From: Chloroflexota bacterium
Lineage (GTDB): Bacteria; Chloroflexota; Limnocylindria; Limnocylindrales; CSP1-4
NCBI GenBank assembly: GCA_016191425.1
Contig: JACPOR010000036.1
Location: 3,002 to 67,001 of the forward strand
Reading direction: 5' to 3'
DNA: 64,000 nt
Shown here: piece by piece, positions 20,166 through 27,078 of the stretch
Layout: every line of letters begins with the position of its first letter
How positions within the stretch are numbered: position 1 is the first letter of the stretch
The notes under the pieces: generated by a model
Database searches by the model: none
What the model was told of the DNA's origin: nothing
What the model saw: only the letters and a program-made list of their open reading frames with translations
Program-made: the position numbers and the translations under genes

Positions 20166-21425
20166 ATGCTCTACCTGAGCCAGGCGATCGGCCTGCCCGT
20201 GCTCGACGGCAGCAAGGACGCGATCGGCAAGATCGCGGATCTCATCGTGGCCGTCGGCGATCGCTATCCGCCCGTCACCGGCCTGGTGGTGGCCACGGAT
20301 CGCCGCCGGATCTTCCTGCCCTGGTCATCGGTCGATCATCTCGACGAGAAGGGCGCGCGCCTCGGAACATTGACCCTGGACATGGGCAAGTTCACCCAGC
20401 GCCCGAACGAGATCCTCCTCCACGCCGACCTGATGGACAAGCAGATCGTGGACATCGACGGTCGCAAGGTCGTCCGGGTCAACGACCTCCGACTCGACGA
20501 GATCGAGGGAATCCTCCACCTCGTCGCGGTCGATGTCGGCGCGGTCGGCCTGCTTCGCCGGCTTGGCATCGAGAAGGGCTACCGGACCCTGGCCCGGAAC
20601 CTGAACCTGCCGGTCCCCGAGCGCTACATCGACTGGGAGGATGTCGACCCGGTCGAGACATCGATCGCCTCGATCAAGCTCCGGATCCCGCACGCCGGCC
20701 TCACCGAGATGCACCCGGCGGACCTCGCCGACATCATCGACCAGCTGGCCCCGCGCGATCGCGCCGGCGTCCTTGCCGCGCTGGATGACGAGGCCGCGGC
20801 CGACGTCTTCGAGGAGATGGAGCCCGAAACGCAGGTCGAGGTCCTGGAGGATCTCGATCCGGCCCGTGCCGCCGACATCCTCGAGGAGATGTCCCCGGAC
20901 GACGCCGCCGACCTCGTGGCCGACCTGTCCGACGAGAGCCGCGAGGAGATCCTCGCCCTCATGGAGCGCGACGAGGCCGAGGAACTCGGCGAACTCCTCG
21001 CCTACCCCGAGGACACGGCCGGCGGGATGATGACGACCGAGTTCGTCACGCTCGCCGCCGCCCTCACCGCGGCCCAGGCGATCGATCGACTGCGCGAACT
21101 GGAGCCCGACGCCGAGACGATCTACTACGTCTACGTGGTCGATGACGACGATCGCCTCGTCGGCGTGCTTTCCCTGCGCGACCTGATCGTCGCCAAGCCG
21201 TTCACGCCCATCGCCGACGTCATGATTCCGGAGCCGGTGACCGTCGGGGCACTGGCCGACGAGGACGAAGTCGCCGAGATCGTCGCCCACTACAACCTGC
21301 TCGCCGTCCCCGTCATCGATCCGAGCGGCCATCTCGTGGGCATCGTGACCGTCGACGACGCGATGGATGCGATCCTGCCCGACGCCTGGCGGAAGCGCCT
21401 GCCTCGCCTGGCCGGCAAGTCCTGA
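20166..21425 (+). CDS. Soluble MgtE-like protein: PRC-barrel-like repeats, MgtE N-domain and CBS pair, with no membrane domain
   Basis: ATG 20166 follows GAGGTGG. Acidic MgtE_N helices (DLADIIDQLAPRDRAGVLAALDDEAAADVFEEMEPE...). CBS pair (TEFVTL...VYVVDDDDRLVGVLSLRDL; LLAVPVIDPSGHLVGIVTVDD). The protein ends without any TM segment. Confidence 0.8.
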   Translation: MLYLSQAIGLPVLDGSKDAIGKIADLIVAVGDRYPPVTGLVVATDRRRIFLPWSSVDHLDEKGARLGTLTLDMGKFTQRPNEILLHADLMDKQIVDIDGRKVVRVNDLRLDEIEGILHLVAVDVGAVGLLRRLGIEKGYRTLARNLNLPVPERYIDWEDVDPVETSIASIKLRIPHAGLTEMHPADLADIIDQLAPRDRAGVLAALDDEAAADVFEEMEPETQVEVLEDLDPARAADILEEMSPDDAADLVADLSDESREEILALMERDEAEELGELLAYPEDTAGGMMTTEFVTLAAALTAAQAIDRLRELEPDAETIYYVYVVDDDDRLVGVLSLRDLIVAKPFTPIADVMIPEPVTVGALADEDEVAEIVAHYNLLAVPVIDPSGHLVGIVTVDDAMDAILPDAWRKRLPRLAGKS

Positions 21426-21444
21426 TCGCGGGGCTCCCAGCCAC

Positions 21445-22833
21445 GTGACGCAACCTCCGAACGATGTGACCCCGACCCCCAATCCCGAGCGCCGACGACC
21501 TGCCGATTCGCCCCCGATGATCGGACTGCTCAGCCGCGTCCGCGATCGCCTCGAGGGCGGCGACTGGCTCCGACTCCGCGGCCGGTTCCGCGGTCGTCGC
21601 GGCCTCGTGGCATTCCTGGCCGTCATGGGGCCGGGCCTCATCGCCGGGATCGCCGGCAACGATGCCGGCGGCATCACCACCTACAGCGTGCTCGGCGCCA
21701 GGACGGGCCTCGGCCTGCTGTGGCTGTTCCCGATCACCATCGTCATCCTGGCAATCGTCCAGGAAATGGCCGCCCGACTGGGCGTCGTCACCGGCCAGGG
21801 TCTATCCGACCTCATCCGCGACCGGTTCGGCGTCCGCTGGACGGCCTTTGCCATGGTCGTCCTGCTCGTTGCGAACGTGGCCAACACGATCGCCGAATTC
21901 TCGGGAGCGGCAGCGGCCCTCGAGATCTTCGGGATTCCGCGCTGGCTCACGGTGCCGATCGTGGCGATCGCGATCTGGGCGCTCGTGCTGTTCGCGAGCT
22001 ACCGCACGGTGGAGCGCGTCTTCCTGTCCGTCATCGTCGTCTTCCTCGCGTACATCGCCTCGGCGATCCTGGCCAGGCCGGACTGGTCCGCCGTGGGCCT
22101 CGCGCTCGTGCGGCCGACGCTGGACCTGAACCCGACCGTTCTGCTCCTGATGGTCGCGCTGGTCGGAACCACGATCACCCCGTACATGCAGTTCTACCTG
22201 CAGAGCGCGGTTGCGGAAAAGGGAATCGGCGAGGACGAACTGCGCCTGGAGCAGGCCGATGCCATCGGGGGAGCCATCTGGACCAACGTCATCGCGATCT
22301 TCATTGTTGTGGCCACGGCCACGACCATCAACGCCGTCGGCGGGCGGATCGAGACCGCGCAGGATGCGGCCAGGGCCCTCGGCCCGGTCGCCGGCGAGCT
22401 GTCCACCGCGCTCTTCGCCGTCGGGCTGTTCGGCGCGTCGGTCCTTGCAGCGACGATCATGCCGATCTCCACCGCGTTCGTGATCTGCGAAGCATTCGGC
22501 TGGGAATCGGGCGTGGACAAGCGATTCGAGGATGCGCGGCCGTTCTTCGGGATCTACACGTTCGTGCTGGGACTGGGCGCGCTGATGGTGCTGATTCCGG
22601 GACTGGACCTGCTGCCGCTGATCGTGGCGTCGCAGAACCTCCAGGGCCTGTTGCTCCCGATCGTCCTCGTGTTCATGGTCCTGCTCATCAACGACGAGCG
22701 GATCATGGGTCGCCACCGGAACGGGCGGCTTGCCAACATTCTGGCCTGGAGTGCGGTGGGGCTGGTCATTGCCCTGGATCTCGTGCTTCTGGGCGTCGGT
22801 GCGCTCGGTATCCTCGGGGTGCGGGTGGGGTAG
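21445..22833 (+). CDS. Nramp/SLC11-family transporter with non-canonical metal-site residues (NRMT-like, candidate Mg2+ transporter)
   Basis: TM1 is GPGLIAGIAGNDAGGITTYS (DAGG instead of DPGN). TM6 is GTTITPYMQFYLQS (T..T instead of A..M). The start is uncertain (GTG 21445 or ATG 21517). Confidence 0.8.
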   Translation: MTQPPNDVTPTPNPERRRPADSPPMIGLLSRVRDRLEGGDWLRLRGRFRGRRGLVAFLAVMGPGLIAGIAGNDAGGITTYSVLGARTGLGLLWLFPITIVILAIVQEMAARLGVVTGQGLSDLIRDRFGVRWTAFAMVVLLVANVANTIAEFSGAAAALEIFGIPRWLTVPIVAIAIWALVLFASYRTVERVFLSVIVVFLAYIASAILARPDWSAVGLALVRPTLDLNPTVLLLMVALVGTTITPYMQFYLQSAVAEKGIGEDELRLEQADAIGGAIWTNVIAIFIVVATATTINAVGGRIETAQDAARALGPVAGELSTALFAVGLFGASVLAATIMPISTAFVICEAFGWESGVDKRFEDARPFFGIYTFVLGLGALMVLIPGLDLLPLIVASQNLQGLLLPIVLVFMVLLINDERIMGRHRNGRLANILAWSAVGLVIALDLVLLGVGALGILGVRVG

Positions 22834-22884
22834 CGGTCAGGTCCCTCGCCGTGTCGGGTCCGTTGGAAGGTACGATCCATCTGC

Positions 22885-22924
22885 TTGACGAGACCGTACC
22901 CCTCACGTACCGTTGGGTACGGTC
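22885..22924 (+). promoter_or_regulatory. Putative promoter TTGACG-N17-TACCGT overlapped by a perfect 10-bp inverted repeat GACCGTACCC/GGGTACGGTC
   Basis: Read directly upstream of the Fic gene. GTAC-containing motifs recur five times in this leader. Confidence 0.4.
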
Positions 22925-22950
22925 TATTTGTCTTCTGGAGACGTACCTCG

Positions 22951-23958
22951 ATGGCGATGTCCAAGGACGGGCGCGGCCGTCCATCCCGCCTCTCGATCTA
23001 CAGGGCGGTGGATGACGGCATCGCCGAGCTCCAGGGGATCGGCGGCCTTCCAGGACCGGCCGTGGCCTCCGAGCTCTGGCGTGACATCTGGTACGAGGAG
23101 ACGCACAACTCAACCGCGATCGAGGGCAACACGCTCATCCTCAAGCAGGTTCGGATGCTCCTTGAAGAAGGTCGGGCGGTGGGTGACAGGGAGCTCCGCG
23201 AATACCTCGAGGTCAAGGGGTACGCGGATGCGGCGGACTGGGTGTACGCCCAGGCCAACGATCTCGATGCGGAGCGGGAGGAGCCGTACCTGCTGTTGTC
23301 CGAACTCCGGGAGATCCATTCACGGGTCGTCGCATCGGTGTGGGATGTGGCTCCGCCAGTGAACTTCCTTCCGGGCGAGGGGCCCGGGAGCTTCCGGCTC
23401 CACGACATCCTCCCATTTACGAGCGGGATGACCCCGGCACCCTTCACGGACATCCACCCGAGGATCACGGACTGGCTGCGGGTAGCCAACGCTGAGCCAC
23501 CACCCGGCGTGCACCTGATGGAACACATCGCCAGGATTCACGCCGAGTTCGAGCGAATTCACCCGTTCCGCGACGGAAACGGCCGCACGGGCAGGCTAGC
23601 CATGAACCTCATCCTCGTCCGTCGTGGCTACGCGCCTGCGATCATCTACAAGCGCGACAGGCCACGGTACCTGCGAGCCCTGGAGCGCACCGACCGTGGC
23701 GAGTTCGGGCCGCTGGCGGAGATCACCGCGCGCGCCGTGAAGGACAGTCTTGATCGGTTCCTGCTGCCGGCGCTCGCGGGGCCTCACCAAATGCTTCCGA
23801 TCTCCGCCCTCGCCCGGAAGAACCTCACCACGCTTGCCCTCCGACGTGCCGCGGAAAAGGGTCGGCTCCAGGCACAGCGCCGGGCGACGGGCTGGTATAG
23901 CACCAAGATATGGGTCGACCAGTACGCGCGGTCGCGACGGAGCCGCGGCGCGAGGTAG
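22951..23958 (+). CDS. Fic/DOC family protein (probable AMPylase-type)
   Basis: Fic motif HPFRDGNGRTGRLAMN; Fic_N-like STAIEGNTL; ATG 22951 with GGAG upstream. Confidence 0.85.
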   Translation: MAMSKDGRGRPSRLSIYRAVDDGIAELQGIGGLPGPAVASELWRDIWYEETHNSTAIEGNTLILKQVRMLLEEGRAVGDRELREYLEVKGYADAADWVYAQANDLDAEREEPYLLLSELREIHSRVVASVWDVAPPVNFLPGEGPGSFRLHDILPFTSGMTPAPFTDIHPRITDWLRVANAEPPPGVHLMEHIARIHAEFERIHPFRDGNGRTGRLAMNLILVRRGYAPAIIYKRDRPRYLRALERTDRGEFGPLAEITARAVKDSLDRFLLPALAGPHQMLPISALARKNLTTLALRRAAEKGRLQAQRRATGWYSTKIWVDQYARSRRSRGAR

Positions 23959-23987
23959 CCGCGAAATCCGTACGGGCGGGTTGAGGC

Positions 23988-24422
23988 TCAGGCGGCCAAC
24001 TCGTCCAGGTGCGCCACAGCCGCGCCGGCTCGGAGCGCCGCCTCGAAGAGCCGCCGGTCGGCGGTGATCAAGGTGCCACCGGTTCTTCGCGCGCACACGA
24101 TGTAGCCGGCATCGGGTACTCGCAGGCCGAGTTCGAGCGCCGTCTCGACAGCAGCCGAAGCGAAGTCGCTCGGGCTCATCAGGTCCAGGCGGAACGCCTC
24201 GAGTGAGCGCATCAGCGGGCCGACGGCCGACGGCACCAGTCGACCGGCGCGGGCGGCCGCGACAAGCGCCGACGCCACCTCCATCGGGAAATACGGTGGC
24301 TGGGAGGGGTCGAGCAGGCCGGCCTGGATTCGATCGCGTATGGCGAGGGCCGGTGCTCGGTCCAGCTCGTCGAGCAGGAGCCAGCGGAGGACGACGCTGG
24401 CATCGATGACGACCGCCCTCAT
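23988..24422 (-). CDS. vapC: PIN-domain toxin (VapC family)
   Basis: 144 aa beginning MRAVVIDASVV, with a C-terminal LITADRRL acidic-residue pattern. It overlaps the upstream antitoxin by 4 nt (ATGA). Confidence 0.8.
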   Translation of the reverse strand: MRAVVIDASVVLRWLLLDELDRAPALAIRDRIQAGLLDPSQPPYFPMEVASALVAAARAGRLVPSAVGPLMRSLEAFRLDLMSPSDFASAAVETALELGLRVPDAGYIVCARRTGGTLITADRRLFEAALRAGAAVAHLDELAA

Positions 24423-24793
24423 CGAGCCTGAAGCCGGCCAGCCCCGAATTCATCGCGTACCGCGTCGAGGATCGCGTCCGCCGTGTCGGACGGACCGGTT
24501 GGAGGCTGCCCCTGCCCGGCGAGTCGATCCATCAGATCGGCGGCGATGCGACGCTGCTCGGCCAGTCGCTCTGGCGTGTCCGGCCACTCCGTCGCCATGC
24601 CCCCCGCCACGTAGTCGGCGGCGACCTCCCCGATCCGCGGAGTGCCGCGATACGCGGCGACTGGGATCCGCACCGAGCGCCCGACGCGGGTGGCGGCCAG
24701 CCGGCCATCGGCGACCCAGCGCCGCACGGTCCGAAGGCTCACGCCGAGCTCCACTGCCACCTCGGCAGCAGTTCGGTACGGTCGATCATTCAT
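24419..24793 (-). CDS. Antitoxin with MerR/excisionase-type HTH
   Basis: Only the last 124 codons of track ORF 24419..26749 are credible: MNDRPYRTAAEVAVELGVSLRTVRRWVADGRLAATRVGRSVRI. Confidence 0.75.
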   Translation of the reverse strand: MNDRPYRTAAEVAVELGVSLRTVRRWVADGRLAATRVGRSVRIPVAAYRGTPRIGEVAADYVAGGMATEWPDTPERLAEQRRIAADLMDRLAGQGQPPTGPSDTADAILDAVRDEFGAGRLQAR

Positions 24794-24799
24794 GGCTTC

Positions 24800-24874
24800 A
24801 TGATGCCACGTGATGCCGTTCGTGTCAATATCAAAGTCTGTGGCACTTGATATGGCACGTCGTGGCATCGTGTA
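24800..24874 (-). promoter_or_regulatory. Leaderless-type promoter (TTGACA-N17-CATCAT, 6 nt before the ATG) plus inverted-repeat operators for the antitoxin-VapC operon
   Basis: On the minus strand, TTGACA is at 24828-24823 and CATCAT at 24805-24800. Inverted repeats: GATGCCACG (24802-24810) / CGTGGCATC (24866-24874), and AATATCAA/TTGATAT. The tract is locally AT-rich. Confidence 0.5.
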
Positions 24875-24953
24875 CGAGGCGGGCCTCGTTGGGGATGCAG
24901 GCCCGGGTACGAAAGCGAAGCCCCTTGGTGGGAAGCAGGCCCGAGTACGAAGC

Positions 24954-24986
24954 GAGGCCTCCTTCCGTCGGTCGGAAGGAGGCCTC
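24954..24986 (-). terminator. GC-rich hairpin (14-bp stem, 5-nt loop) downstream of secreted-protein gene 1
   Basis: GAGGCCTCCTTCCG-tcggt-CGGAAGGAGGCCTC lies 26 nt after the stop at 25012. There is no clear U-tract. Confidence 0.55.
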
Positions 24987-25011
24987 GGGACGCCAGCGGA
25001 GGTTGCGCTGG

Positions 25012-26997
25012 TCAGCGAACGTTGTACCGCTCGACCGGGCTCCAGACGCTGTTCGCGTTGTACGAGGTCGGGTTGGCGATGCTTCGGACGTACCAGCTCC
25101 CGCCGCTCGTGAACTTGAAGGTCGTGACCGCCTGCCCGAGCGAGTCGATGACGATGTTCCGCGTCGTTACCAGGGTCCAGGTTCCGCCGGACAGCCGGTA
25201 GAACCGGAAGGAGACAGTGGCCGGCGGCAGCTCCAGCCGTGACGGCCGGACCGTGGTAGTGAACGTGATCGAGGTGTTCCGGGCGATCGACTTGATCGCC
25301 CCGCTGTTCGTCGGCCGCAGGAGCGCGATCTGGCGGACGACCACGCGCGCCGGGGCGCTCGTCGAAGCCGGCAGGTCCGGCGTGCCGGCAAACACCGCCC
25401 GGTAGTAGAGGTTGGTGGCCGGCCGGTAGGTCAGGCTGGCGACACCGAGCGGATCTGTGTTGAGCGTGGCGATCGTGGACCAGGTCACCCCGTCGCGGGT
25501 CCCCTGGAGCTGGAACTGCTTCAGCGCCCCGCCGATGGCCGGGAACCGGACGGTCAGCGTGACGCCGGCTCCCCACGTGATGACGCTCGCCGACGAGGCC
25601 ACGGTGATGACCGTCCCGGAAGTGGCCGTGAACGGCGCCGAGGTGGCGGTGGTGAGACCGGGGGCGGTCGCCGCGATCGTGTAGCCGACCCCGGGCTTGC
25701 TGATCGCGCAGCCGATGAACGTCGCGATACCGGCCGTGGCGACCTTGCTCAGGCCGCCCGTGCAGGTCAGGATGCCACCGCCGGGATTGGCTCCGAGCGC
25801 CAGCGTGACCGTCAGGGTCGAGGACGCACCCGTCGTGACGATGTTGCCGCCTGCATCGGTGATGGCGACGACTGGTTGCGTCGGTAACGGCTGCGCCGCC
25901 GTCGACGCTCCTGGCTGGGCGGTGAAGATCAGCTTCGCTGCGGGGCCGGCCGTCACCACGAGCAGGGCACTCTCGGCAGCGGTGAGCCCGCTCGCCGAGG
26001 CAACGAGGACGTAGGGGTTGGCGGGTGAGGTCGGACTCGCCTTGTCGACGGCACACCCGGCGAACGTCGCGACGCCGTTCGTCACGACCTTCGAAAGGCC
26101 GCCCGTACAGGTCAGGATCGCCCCGGAAGCGCCGGTGCCGACCTTGAGAGACAACGTGACCGAGGTCACGCTGTCGTGCGTCGCGGTGCTGCTCGCACCG
26201 GCCCGAACGGCCACGACGGGCTGCGTGGTGAACGCGATCCCCCCGGCCGCCCCGGACGGCTGCGTCGTGAAGGCGAGTCGATCGGCGACATCGAACAGCG
26301 CGCTCGTTGCCGAGGCCAGCGCGGTCGCCGTCGCGGTCACCGTAAAGCCGACCCCCACCCGATCGAGGCGGCAGCCGCTGAACGCGGCCACACCGTTCAC
26401 GGTCGACTTGCTGAGGCCCCCGGTGCAGGTCAGGGTCGCACCACCCGGGTTGGTGCCGAGGGCAAGGGTCACCGCGGTCGCTGGAGCGGCAACAACAGTG
26501 GTTCCGCCCGGGTCCTGGATCGCGACCGACGGTTGGACGGCGAGCGCCACGCCAGGTGTTCCCCGAGCCGGCTGGACAACGAATCCGAGCTTCGACCCGC
26601 TGCCACCTCCGATATCGAACGACGCACTCTCGTCCGAGCCGCCCTGGCTCCAGGTCGCGCTGAGGCGGTAGCCGGTCCCCGCCGCATCGATCCGGCAGCC
26701 GGCAAACACGGCGATGCCATTCACGAGGCTCACGGTCGTGGCGGCGCACGTGAGCACCGCTCCGGGCGTGCCGGTCCCCGACGTGATCGCGAGACTGATG
26801 GTGCCGGTCGCCGACTCGACGACGTTGTTGCCCGTTTTGATCGCAACCTGTGGTTGCTGCCCCCAGACCGCGCCGGCAGCTCCGCCACCCGGTTCAGATG
26901 TGAACCTCGGCGCGGATGCCGCCAGCACCTGGGCCGGAAGCAGGGCGGCGAGCATCAGGATCACCAGGACCGGTCCGAAGCGTCGACTCATGTTCAA
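25012..26997 (-). CDS. Secreted multi-repeat Ig-like (beta-sandwich) surface protein 1
   Basis: Signal peptide MNMSRRFGPVLVILMLAALLPAQVLAA. About 90-aa modules with a conserved Cys pair (LTC...GVA.F.GC.ID). C-terminal domain ending SPVERYNVR. Confidence 0.85.
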   Translation of the reverse strand: MNMSRRFGPVLVILMLAALLPAQVLAASAPRFTSEPGGGAAGAVWGQQPQVAIKTGNNVVESATGTISLAITSGTGTPGAVLTCAATTVSLVNGIAVFAGCRIDAAGTGYRLSATWSQGGSDESASFDIGGGSGSKLGFVVQPARGTPGVALAVQPSVAIQDPGGTTVVAAPATAVTLALGTNPGGATLTCTGGLSKSTVNGVAAFSGCRLDRVGVGFTVTATATALASATSALFDVADRLAFTTQPSGAAGGIAFTTQPVVAVRAGASSTATHDSVTSVTLSLKVGTGASGAILTCTGGLSKVVTNGVATFAGCAVDKASPTSPANPYVLVASASGLTAAESALLVVTAGPAAKLIFTAQPGASTAAQPLPTQPVVAITDAGGNIVTTGASSTLTVTLALGANPGGGILTCTGGLSKVATAGIATFIGCAISKPGVGYTIAATAPGLTTATSAPFTATSGTVITVASSASVITWGAGVTLTVRFPAIGGALKQFQLQGTRDGVTWSTIATLNTDPLGVASLTYRPATNLYYRAVFAGTPDLPASTSAPARVVVRQIALLRPTNSGAIKSIARNTSITFTTTVRPSRLELPPATVSFRFYRLSGGTWTLVTTRNIVIDSLGQAVTTFKFTSGGSWYVRSIANPTSYNANSVWSPVERYNVR

Positions 26998-27021
26998 AGG
27001 CTCCTCTCGCTCGGATGAAAG

Positions 27022-27059
27022 GCGCGGGGCCTCCGTCCGTCGGACGGAGGCCCCGCGCT
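27022..27059 (-). terminator. GC-rich hairpin (17-bp stem) downstream of secreted-protein gene 2
   Basis: GCGCGGGGCCTCCGTCC-gtcg-GGACGGAGGCCCCGCGC, homologous to the hairpin at 24954. Confidence 0.55.
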
Positions 27060-27078
27060 TACCTGAAAGGAGATCCGA

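Noticed and set aside
24794-26749. Upstream 650 codons of track ORF 24419..26749 (776 aa)
   Set aside because: Only the last 124 codons form a credible HTH antitoxin with its own promoter. The rest is an off-frame read through the secreted-protein gene on the same strand.
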